A stretch of 32,000 nt of DNA. Origin: Schaalia odontolytica. GTDB lineage: Bacteria > Actinomycetota > Actinomycetes > Actinomycetales > Actinomycetaceae. The position numbers were made by a program, and so were the translations under genes. Positions 1-6,518 of this stretch are shown here, piece after piece. The notes beneath the pieces were generated by a model, which was not told where the DNA came from, searched no databases, and worked only from the letters and a program-made list of their open reading frames with translations. The stretch covers positions 2,100,001-2,132,000 of the forward strand of contig NZ_CP040006.1 in NCBI RefSeq assembly GCF_005696695.1, in the 5' to 3' direction. Each line of letters opens with the position of its first letter. Positions within the stretch are counted from its first letter, which is position 1.

Positions 1-517
1 CGTGCAGACCGAGGCCGAGCTGGAGCGCCTGCGCGCCCAGCCCGACATCTACGACCAGATCTTCACGGTCGCGGCCACGCGCAAGCTCCTCATCGCCCAG
101 AACGAGCACGCCGTCGCCTTGGCTGGCTTCGGGCATCGCTTCCCCGGCATCGCAATCTGGCCCCTGGGCGAGCCGAAAAACCCGTGGGAGGTCAGCCCCG
201 AGGCCATGCGGGGGATCTCCGACATCCTGCACGCCGCGCACGCTGCGACGGGCGTGGAGGTGCCCGCCAACGAGGAGTGGTACCACCGCCCGCCCACCGT
301 GTCCACGCCCATGCGCTGGCGCATCCTGCTCAAGTGGCGCATCTCGACACTCGCGGGTTTCGAGGGTGGCACGCGCATCTACCTCAACACGATCGACCCG
401 TGGAAGGTCGTCGAGCGCACCGTGCCGCGCCTCCTCGAGCTGCGCGAAGCGGGCCTCATCGCCCCCATGCGCATCGGGGAGGAATGCAAAGTCAGCCCCG
501 CAATGCTGCGAGGCTGA
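1..517 (+). CDS. GalT-like (HIT superfamily) hexose-1-phosphate nucleotidyltransferase, C-terminal part; the 5' end lies outside the window
   Basis: The frame is open from the window edge to TGA at 515-517. The tail ...KWRISTLAGFEGGTRIYLNTIDPWKVVERTVPRLLELR fits the GalT C-terminal pattern (K..aG.E.G....N...PE.aA..LR) as I recall it. Third-position GC is high. The family call is tentative. Confidence 0.45.
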   Translation, partial: VQTEAELERLRAQPDIYDQIFTVAATRKLLIAQNEHAVALAGFGHRFPGIAIWPLGEPKNPWEVSPEAMRGISDILHAAHAATGVEVPANEEWYHRPPTVSTPMRWRILLKWRISTLAGFEGGTRIYLNTIDPWKVVERTVPRLLELREAGLIAPMRIGEECKVSPAMLRG

Positions 518-542
518 CTCTTCAGGATGCATCCGGCGGGGA

Positions 543-1835
543 TTACTCCTCGTCGTCGCTCGAATCCTCGTATCCCGTGTCGGTCGCGGGGTTATCCGCG
601 GGAGCCGGCTCCGGTTCAGCGTCCTGCGCGCCCGGATCCGTCACCGGATCGGGAGTACTCGGCGTGGCCGGCGCCGGGGAAGCCAGCGCCGAGGTCCACG
701 TGGCCAGCCACGCGCTCATCGCGTCGAGGGAACCGACGGTCTCGTCGGCGACGATCGGGTCGCCGGTGATGCCCATCAGCCAGCCGGCCTTCGTGTCGGC
801 GCCGAGCACACCATCGATCGGGTAGACGGCGCCCGTCGTGGCCAGGGAGCGCTGCGCGGTCTCACCCTGCAGCCACGCGATCAGGGACTCTGCGCCGTCC
901 GACGCGGGCGAGGACGTGGGGGCCGCGTACATGATGCGAGCGATGCACGTCGAGGAGATCGCGGTGCCGTAGGAATCGGCGCCCGTATTCGTCGCCGCTG
1001 CGGCCGCCAGCGAGCGCGGGGCCACGATTAGCGGATACGCGCCGGAAGAACCCGCGGAGGCTCCCACGACCTCGGACAGGTACCCCTCGGACACGTGCGC
1101 GCCGGCCGTCCACGCGGCGATGGCGCCACCCAGGGAGGAATCCACACGCGGGTTGAGGGACTGCGCGAAAGAACCCAGCCCCTCGCCCGTCTGCGCGGCT
1201 GCCTCCTGCACGAAGGCACGGCCCACCGACGACGAGGCCGGGTCCGGGACCGTCAGCAGCGCGCGGATACGCGGTGAGGTCAGATCGCCGAACGAGGTCG
1301 GCAGCGGGCGGCCGTTCGCACTCATCCACGACTTGTCGGCGATCACGCACACGTCGTCGCGGCCGTAGGCGATCGCCGCAGCGGCACCGTCCACGACCGT
1401 GCCCGCGATCGTCGCCGTATCCTGCGGCGCCGAACCCGCGATCGTGCCCGCCGCGGTCGCCTGCAGGGCATCCGCGCCATCCAGGCCGAGCACCACGTCC
1501 GCGCCCGCCTTCGACAGCGCATCCACGCCATCCACCGGCACCGCCGCAACCGTGAAGCCCGTCGCCTTCGTGAACTCCTGCGCGGTCTCCATCGGCAGCT
1601 GCGCGCCACCCACCAGGGCGACGGTGACCGTGCCCGAACCGCTACGAGGAGTCGGAGCATCGATCTTGCCAGCCGTGGTCGTACCCGAAGAAGCACGGGC
1701 GCTCTGACCCGGAACGATCGGCGACGCGAACGGATCCCGAGGCGCGCTCGACGAAACGGACGGCGTACAAGCCGCCACCGCCGTCGACGCTACAACGAGG
1801 GCCGACAACGCGAAAACAGAGCGGGCGCGAGCCAT
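543..1835 (-). CDS. Secreted lipoprotein with a periplasmic solute-binding fold (TbpA/FbpA-like ABC substrate-binding protein) and an acidic Pro-rich C-terminal tail
   Basis: Signal peptide plus lipobox: MARARSVFALSALVVASTAVAAC. I chose the ATG at 1835 over the upstream GTG at 1859 because GAAGGA sits 6 nt upstream of it. The size and alternating pattern are typical of a solute-binding protein. The tail is ...PDPVTDPGAQDAEPEPAPADNPATDTGYEDSSDDEE. Confidence 0.6.
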   Translation of the reverse strand: MARARSVFALSALVVASTAVAACTPSVSSSAPRDPFASPIVPGQSARASSGTTTAGKIDAPTPRSGSGTVTVALVGGAQLPMETAQEFTKATGFTVAAVPVDGVDALSKAGADVVLGLDGADALQATAAGTIAGSAPQDTATIAGTVVDGAAAAIAYGRDDVCVIADKSWMSANGRPLPTSFGDLTSPRIRALLTVPDPASSSVGRAFVQEAAAQTGEGLGSFAQSLNPRVDSSLGGAIAAWTAGAHVSEGYLSEVVGASAGSSGAYPLIVAPRSLAAAAATNTGADSYGTAISSTCIARIMYAAPTSSPASDGAESLIAWLQGETAQRSLATTGAVYPIDGVLGADTKAGWLMGITGDPIVADETVGSLDAMSAWLATWTSALASPAPATPSTPDPVTDPGAQDAEPEPAPADNPATDTGYEDSSDDEE

Positions 1836-1976
1836 AAGGAATCCTTCAGACGGGAACACTACCGTTCAAGCATAAGACAGGGCACCTGTGGGCCTCGCGC
1901 AAGAGCGCCGCGTGGGGCATCATGGAAGCGTGCGCACGCGCACAGGGACAATCACCCATCACGCCAGGAGGCACTC

Positions 1977-2255
1977 ATGGATTCAGCCACCATCGAAAAG
2001 CTCGCCACGACCGCCGTCATCGCCGGAGCGGCCTTCGCCGCGACCAAAGTCTTCGAAGCCGGCTGGAAGGTCGCCACCGGCCGACCCGTCCCCGCCGAAG
2101 ACGCCGACGACGTCACCCTGGCCTCCATCGTGCTTTTCGCCGCGACCTCCGCCGCCATCGCGGCCGTCGCCCAGCGCTACGCGTACAAGGGCTCCCAGAA
2201 GTGGCTTAGCCCTAAGCTCGAGGCCCGCTTCGGCGTGCCCCAGCTTCAGGCCTGA
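1977..2255 (+). CDS. DUF4235-like small protein
   Basis: 92 aa. AGGAGG lies 6 nt upstream of the ATG. Two hydrophobic Ala-rich segments flank an acidic loop (GRPVPAEDADDV), as in DUF4235 proteins as I recall them. Confidence 0.6.
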   Translation: MDSATIEKLATTAVIAGAAFAATKVFEAGWKVATGRPVPAEDADDVTLASIVLFAATSAAIAAVAQRYAYKGSQKWLSPKLEARFGVPQLQA

Positions 2256-2278
2256 GCGCCGCCGGTCGGCGCCCCTCC

Positions 2279-2302
2279 CCTGCCGCTCACACGAGCGGCA
2301 GG
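2279..2302. terminator. 10-bp perfect hairpin (CCTGCCGCTC-acac-GAGCGGCAGG) between convergent genes, overlapping the stop codon of the SCP-like gene
   Basis: The inverted repeat was read directly from the sequence. There is no U-tract on either strand, so terminator function is only inferred from its position. Confidence 0.35.
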
Positions 2303-2655
2303 AAGGGCCCCAGGTCCGTACGCTCCCCCGACGCGCTGACTCGGGAGTCGGCCACGGCCTCGTCCCACGTAAGGAGGCCGCATGCGAGCGACAGCCACGT
2401 GCGCGCGTCGGTCTCCACGACGGCGGGCGGAGTTCCGCGCCGATGCGTCGTGCCCGGCAGGATCTGCACGGCACCGGCGGGAGGCACGCGCACCTCGACC
2501 GCGCGGCCCGGATGCGAGATGCCGAGCTCCTCAAGGGTGAAGCGCACCGCGGTGAGCACGACCGCGCGCGCAGGCTCCTCACCGCGCTCCACGGCGCCGC
2601 GCCACGAACGCAGCGCCACCATCCCCTCACCGGGGTCAATCCGTCGTTTCGCCAT
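2287..2655 (-). CDS. Sterol-carrier (SCP2)-like family protein
   Basis: 122 aa. The motif HRRGTPPAVVETDARTWLSLACGLLTWDEAVADSRVSASGERTDL matches the conserved actinobacterial 'sterol carrier family protein' pattern from memory. Confidence 0.6.
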   Translation of the reverse strand: MAKRRIDPGEGMVALRSWRGAVERGEEPARAVVLTAVRFTLEELGISHPGRAVEVRVPPAGAVQILPGTTHRRGTPPAVVETDARTWLSLACGLLTWDEAVADSRVSASGERTDLGPFLPLV

Positions 2656-2661
2656 GAGTCG

Positions 2662-2667
2662 ATTCTA
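2662..2667 (-). promoter_or_regulatory. Candidate -10 hexamer TAGAAT placed for a leaderless transcript of the SCP-like gene
   Basis: The minus strand reads TAGAAT-CGACTC-ATG, with exactly 6 nt between the hexamer and the start codon and no Shine-Dalgarno sequence. This is the classic actinobacterial leaderless layout. Confidence 0.35.
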
Positions 2668-2756
2668 CGCGGCGCTACCGTCTCTCCCCCGAGCGTGCAT
2701 TCCGACCGCCTTGTCAGGCACAATGGATACATACAACTTCCGACGAGAGGCCACCC

Positions 2757-3665
2757 GTGACCGACACAGCTTCCCTCATTACGCTGCGTTCGATCCTCGA
2801 CATCGAGATCGCACGCAGCTACCAGTGGGACGCGGCCACCATCATCCAGGTTTCCGGCGTCGACCGAGCCGGTGACCTCACGACCCGCATCGTCGAAAAC
2901 CCCGGCGCCCTCGCCGACATCGCCGCCGAAGGATTTTCGCCCCACTCCGCCGCGGGACACGCACTCTCCCACGAACTCCACGACGCCATCCAACGCCGCG
3001 TGCGCCTGTGGATCGCCGAAATCCCCACCGATCAGCTCCCCCGCCTGCGCGAGGCCCTCGGCGACGACCTCGTCCACGAGGCCGGCACGCCCTCCGGCGG
3101 ATACACTCCCATTGCTCTGTCCCCCCTCGAGCTGCTCGAGCGATGGGCGGCCGGCACCGACGAGCAACGCGAATTCATGCGCGTCGCCATGGCCGGACTC
3201 GACACGCTCACGACCTCGTCACACGCCACCCACGCCTCGCGCGCCGTCGGCGCCTCCATCATCGAACGCTCAGCGTTCCTCAGGCTGTGCCGCAACCCCA
3301 AGTTCATCGCCTACGTCGTCGTCCTCGTCTACTCGATGGCGCGAGCCCTGCCCGTCATGTACGTCCCCGACTTCCGGGGCGACTGGCGCGTCCTGTGGGC
3401 CATCGACATGATCACCGCCATCCCCTACACGTGGGGCCTCATCGAAATGGTCGCCGGGCAAAAGCTCTGGCACCGCGTCGTCGGCGCCATCACCGCCTCC
3501 GTGACCTTCCTGGCCCCCTACGTGTACTTCCTCATGTACGGGCGCGACGCTCCCCCCGGCGTATGGACCGCCATCGCGCTGATCTTCTTCGGCGGTATCT
3601 TCCTCGAAGTCTTCCGCTACCAGCGCGACCGCGCCGTCAAGAAGGGCCTCGCAGAGCAGCTGTAG
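2757..3665 (+). CDS. Hypothetical two-domain membrane protein (soluble N-domain of about 190 aa plus 4 predicted TM helices)
   Basis: 302 aa. GTG start preceded by GAGAGG. Hydrophobic segments are FIAYVVVLVYSMARALPVMYV, VLWAIDMITAIPYTWGLIEMV, VVGAITASVTFLAPYVYFLMY and VWTAIALIFFGGIFLEVF. I do not recognise the family. Confidence 0.6.
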   Translation: MTDTASLITLRSILDIEIARSYQWDAATIIQVSGVDRAGDLTTRIVENPGALADIAAEGFSPHSAAGHALSHELHDAIQRRVRLWIAEIPTDQLPRLREALGDDLVHEAGTPSGGYTPIALSPLELLERWAAGTDEQREFMRVAMAGLDTLTTSSHATHASRAVGASIIERSAFLRLCRNPKFIAYVVVLVYSMARALPVMYVPDFRGDWRVLWAIDMITAIPYTWGLIEMVAGQKLWHRVVGAITASVTFLAPYVYFLMYGRDAPPGVWTAIALIFFGGIFLEVFRYQRDRAVKKGLAEQL

Positions 3666-3782
3666 GCGCGCTCCGATGCGGCTGCGTCCAGCTGGCGCTC
3701 CGGGTGCCGGCGGCCTCGGTCGCCCGCTGGGCCGGGCTGCGCCGTGGGCGGCGGCCCGCCCGCTCGCCGTCCGCGCTGCGAG

Positions 3783-3890
3783 CCTTCGGCTCGGCGCGTC
3801 GTCTCGAAGCCCGGCCAGGCCCCGCCACCGCCCACGGGCACCGCAGCCAGACCCTCCGGTCCCTCCGGCGCCCGTCACACCTGTGGGGCC
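3783..3890 (-). repeat. GC-rich REP-like intergenic repeat, inverted copy of the 6093-6309 elements
   Basis: The reverse complement reads GGCCCCACAGGTGTGACGGGCGCCGGAGGGACCGGAGGGTCTGGCTGCGGTGCCCGTGGGCGGTGGCGGGGCCTGGCCGGGCTTCGAGACGACGCGCC. By eye it aligns at roughly 85% with 6241-6268, 6165-6196 and 6197-6224. Confidence 0.7.
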
Positions 3891-4002
3891 AGCGTCCGCA
3901 TACTGTATGTTCACAGCGCACCTTGCCCCGGCCTCGTTCCTCTGAGACTCGCCCGCCCTCACCTGACGTGACCGCGAATGTGTTTATCGGGCTCGCATAA
4001 CG

Positions 4003-4033
4003 ACGTCCCCCGAGCGCAATGCCCGGGGGACGT
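4003..4033. terminator. Hairpin ACGTCCCCCG-(11 nt)-CGGGGGACGT between the convergent membrane-protein and pcs-like genes
   Basis: A 10-bp perfect stem was read from the sequence. On the plus strand it is followed by TCGTATTCGTTCG (T-rich). It lies 24 nt beyond the pcs-like stop codon. Confidence 0.4.
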
Positions 4034-4057
4034 TCGTATTCGTTCGTGACGAGGAGG

Positions 4058-4825
4058 TTACTTGTCCTCGCCGGTCGCTGTGCGGATGAAGCCGGCGATC
4101 ATGAACCAGCCGCCGCCAACCCAGAACAGGATCAGAGTCCACAGGGGCTGGACCGGGTACACGACCACCAGGTACGCGCACGCGACGATCCACGCGGCCG
4201 CACCGATGATGTTCGGGATCTGAAAACGCTTCACACGCGCCGGGTGCGTGTAGTGCAGCGGGACCAGCGTCATGATCGCCAGGAAGATCGTCGCCGCAAT
4301 GTTCACCCAGGCGGGGGTTTGAAGCACGTACATGACGATCGCAACGCAGTTCCACGCCGCCGGGAAGCCCACGAAGTAGTTGTCGTTCGACTTCTCTCCG
4401 TCGTTCGCGTAGCAGAACACGGAAGAGACGATGATGACCACCATCATGATGACCGGGATGGGCTTGGGTCCAAACGGCAGATACATCGCCATGAAGAGCG
4501 CCGGCAGGAACGTCCACGTCAGGTAGTCAACGAGGTTGTCGACGACGCCGCCGTCGAACCAGGGAATGACCTGACGGACTCCGACCTTGCGGGCCAGCGT
4601 GCCGTCGACACCGTCAACAATCAGGGCAATGACGAACCACAGCCACATCATGGGGATGTTGTTATCGAGCATCGCGAACAGAGCGAGCGTCGCCCATGCG
4701 AGCCCGGAGATCGTGAACGCGTGCACCGCCCAGGCTGCGATCACGCGACCCAGGCTGGGTTTGCTGGCACTCTCTGACGAGGCCTGGGCCTGCTCAGTTG
4801 TAGTGGGGACATTTTGCTCAGGCAC
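4058..4825 (-). CDS. pcs: CDP-alcohol phosphatidyltransferase, phosphatidylcholine synthase (Pcs)-like
   Basis: It carries the CDP-alcohol phosphatidyltransferase motif DGVDGTLARKVGVRQVIPWFDGGVVDNLVDY. Pcs-type blocks are also present: AWAVHAFTISG, FVGFPAAWNCVAIVMYVLQ and LVPLHYTHPARVKRF. As I recall, Sinorhizobium Pcs has FSGFPVVWNMV and FLPINFLHPVRVKRL. The start is set to GTG 4825 because AGGAG lies 6 nt upstream. The ORF is open to GTG 4912, so the N-terminus is uncertain. Confidence 0.7.
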   Translation of the reverse strand: MPEQNVPTTTEQAQASSESASKPSLGRVIAAWAVHAFTISGLAWATLALFAMLDNNIPMMWLWFVIALIVDGVDGTLARKVGVRQVIPWFDGGVVDNLVDYLTWTFLPALFMAMYLPFGPKPIPVIMMVVIIVSSVFCYANDGEKSNDNYFVGFPAAWNCVAIVMYVLQTPAWVNIAATIFLAIMTLVPLHYTHPARVKRFQIPNIIGAAAWIVACAYLVVVYPVQPLWTLILFWVGGGWFMIAGFIRTATGEDK

Positions 4826-5279
4826 GGACGGCTCCTGTGATGGCGGATATTTTCCGCCCCTCAGTATGCCAAAGATGGGTGGGCTTTTGGTAGTACTTCG
4901 ACCAAATGGCACGCGTTCGGAGCGTTCTCACAGAACACAGTGGACATTGTTCCTGTTGACCGTGGCATTGCTTCATGACACTTCGCACCGGTACTCGTTG
5001 GTGGCTGGAGTACCTGGGCCAATAAGCGGGGGCGTGCCCGCCAGCTCGCTTGCGTGCGCTCGGGTCGAGCAGGTGGCCGCCTGGGCCCTTTCATGCGCAC
5101 GTTAACCCGACGGGTGGCGGCGCCCAGCTTCCACTAGGTGGGTTTAGCTTCGCATTGAAGGGTTAACACTGCCAGTAGATGGGCCCAGCTGCCATCACTG
5201 CCTGCATGACCGCCCCCACCGCGGCACAAGAAGTCCTCATGAGGCAGCTCAGTCACATGCACACCCGCGAATACGCACG

Positions 5280-5339
5280 CAGGCCCGATGACCTGCACGC
5301 GGGCCCGACACCTCGCACGCGGGCCCGATGACATGCACG
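5280..5339 (+). repeat. Three tandem 20-bp units (CAGGCCCGATGACCTGCACG / CGGGCCCGACACCTCGCACG / CGGGCCCGATGACATGCACG)
   Basis: Read directly from the sequence, in a non-coding context. Confidence 0.8.
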
Positions 5340-5365
5340 TGGGCAACGTCGCCCACGTGCATGTC
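5330..5365. repeat. Perfect 15-bp stem hairpin GACATGCACGTGGGC-aacgtc-GCCCACGTGCATGTC
   Basis: The arms at 5330-5344 and 5351-5365 are exact reverse complements. The left arm overlaps the third 20-bp tandem unit. Confidence 0.8.
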
Positions 5366-5403
5366 TAGTGGTTTACGTGCGTACTCTCCAGCGGCTCTTC
5401 CGT

Positions 5404-5474
5404 GAAAAAACTCGCCCAGCACGCACAAAAACGCTGAATTTGGGGTGTTGTGAGCGTGCAGGGCGAACTTTTTC
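5404..5474. repeat. Nested inverted repeat: outer GAAAAAACTCGCCC / GGGCGAACTTTTTC, inner GCACGC / GCGTGC
   Basis: The outer arms are 5404-5417 and 5461-5474 (12 of 14 complementary). The inner arms are 5419-5424 and 5454-5459 (perfect). Confidence 0.6.
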
Positions 5475-5587
5475 GCACCCGAACCACACGAACATCGCCT
5501 ATTGGCAAAAAATCACACCCAGACATGACGCACTACGCGGCCCAGTGCAACCCGTGGCACCACTGCTCAGGCATCCATCGGCAACCT

Positions 5588-5750
5588 TGAAACCAGCATT
5601 GCCTTTGCTAGCTCCTTTACGGGTACGCATGAAACCAGCGACACCTTTGCTCGCCCACAATGCCGCAAAAACACACATTTCGGGCGAGCAAAGGTGATGG
5701 CGGTTTCACCCACGCACGAAGACCGGGCCGCAAAGGTGACAGCGGTTTCA
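5588..5750. repeat. Four copies of a GAAACC...CCTTTGC box, two forward and two reverse, forming nested hairpins
   Basis: The copies are F1 5588-5608, F2 5630-5656, R1 5682-5708 and R2 5730-5750. F2 and R1 are 23 of 27 complementary, including a perfect 15-bp stem (5642-5656 with 5682-5696) around a 25-nt loop. R1 and R2 are direct repeats 48 bp apart (start to start). Confidence 0.6.
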
Positions 5751-5896
5751 ACCCAGCAACGTGTTGCACCAAAAAGGCCAGCAATGCACCAGGTAGCACA
5801 CCATTGCACTAGCAACCAGGCAGTGCAATGCCCCCCTATCTAGTGCAATACTCTCAAGCAACAAGCTAAATCATGGAGCAGGGGATCCGCACCGAG

Positions 5897-6008
5897 ATTC
5901 CGCATGCAATTCCACATCACCCCTCCGCAACATGACCCCATAATCCGCAGAATTCCAACGATCTGAATTCAATGTTTGAAATAGTCGTGGGGGAATTGCA
6001 TGCGAAAT
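5897..6008. repeat. 17-bp inverted repeat ATTCCGCATGCAATTCC ... GGAATTGCATGCGAAAT in a segment of about 40% GC
   Basis: The arms are 5897-5913 and 5992-6008 (16 of 17 complementary). Each arm is centred on the GCATGC palindrome. Two GAATTC sites lie in the spacer. Confidence 0.7.
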
Positions 6009-6092
6009 TGGGTGTGGAATCAGCAGCGATAGACGCAAGCGCTGGACACGAGGCCTGCGGCGTGAAGGTGGGGCCTGGCTGCGTTGAGGAGA

Positions 6093-6309
6093 GCCTGGCC
6101 GGGCTTCGAGACGACGCGCCACACATCAGCGACCTAGCCCCACTGGTGTGGAGGGCGCCGGAGGTAGCTGCCGCGGTGCCGGTGGGCGGCGGCAGGGCCT
6201 GGCCGGGCTACGAGACGACGCGCCACACATCAGCGACCTAGCCCCACTGGTGTGGAGGGCGCCGGAGGGACCGGAGGGCACGGGCGGGCTTCGAGGCGCG
6301 GCGCCGAAC
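6093..6309 (+). repeat. Tandem GC-rich REP-like repeats (two full units with a 104-bp period, plus a degenerate third)
   Basis: The 72-bp cores at 6093-6164 and 6197-6268 differ at a single base (GCCTGGCCGGGCT[T/A]CGAGACGACGCGCCACACATCAGCGACCTAGCCCCACTGGTGTGGAGGGCGCCGGAGG). A degenerate restart, GGCGGGCTTCGAGGCGCGGCGCC, lies at about 6283-6305. In addition, 6241-6269 pairs with 6344-6372 as an imperfect inverted repeat. Confidence 0.8.
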
Positions 6310-6462
6310 GAAGTGAGGACGCCTAGCCTCGCGGGCGGCCGGGCCCTCCGGCGCCCGGAACACCCGTGGGGCCACAAGCAACACCGGCACACACAGCGGC
6401 CGGGCCCGAAGGTTGAGCAGCGGACGCCCGGACCGCCAGCGGCACCACAAGCAACACAGCAC

Positions 6463-6492
6463 AGGGGCGCGGGCCCGCAGGCCCGCGCCCCT
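6463..6492 (-). terminator. Likely purL terminator: perfect 13-bp stem AGGGGCGCGGGCC-cgca-GGCCCGCGCCCCT
   Basis: The hairpin begins 26 nt downstream of the purL stop codon. On the minus strand it is followed by GTGCTGTGTTGCTTGTGG, which is moderately U-rich. Confidence 0.6.
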
Positions 6493-6518
6493 AGACGCTA
6501 CGACTCAGACGCGAACGC

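Noticed and set aside
1836-1976. TPP riboswitch upstream of the thiamine-binding-like lipoprotein
   Set aside because: I found no CTGAGA or ACCTGATCTGGATAATGCCAGCG-type conserved cores on either strand.
3676-3971. Overlapping 75-230-aa ORFs on both strands in the 3666-4057 intergenic region
   Set aside because: They fall entirely within GC-rich REP-like repeat sequence and give Arg/Pro/Ala-rich translations with no RBS. The same pseudo-ORFs recur at 6126-6462, where the repeat recurs.
5368-5697. 109-aa plus-strand ORF in the ORF-poor spacer, and minus-strand ORFs at 5134-5346, 5567-5815 and 5871-6122
   Set aside because: There is no RBS, the composition is atypical (Cys/Arg/His-rich), the codon usage is unlike neighbouring genes, and the ORFs are interrupted by hairpin repeats.
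5588-5750. Possible small CRISPR array (repeated boxes of about 21-27 bp)
   Set aside because: The copies are in mixed orientation, the period is only 42-48 bp, the copies are imperfect, and there are no cas genes in the window.
5930-5960. Possible dif-like site around CCATAATCCGCAGAATTCC in the low-GC spacer
   Set aside because: The two arms are not inverted repeats of each other, and the sequence does not fit the actinobacterial dif consensus as I recall it.
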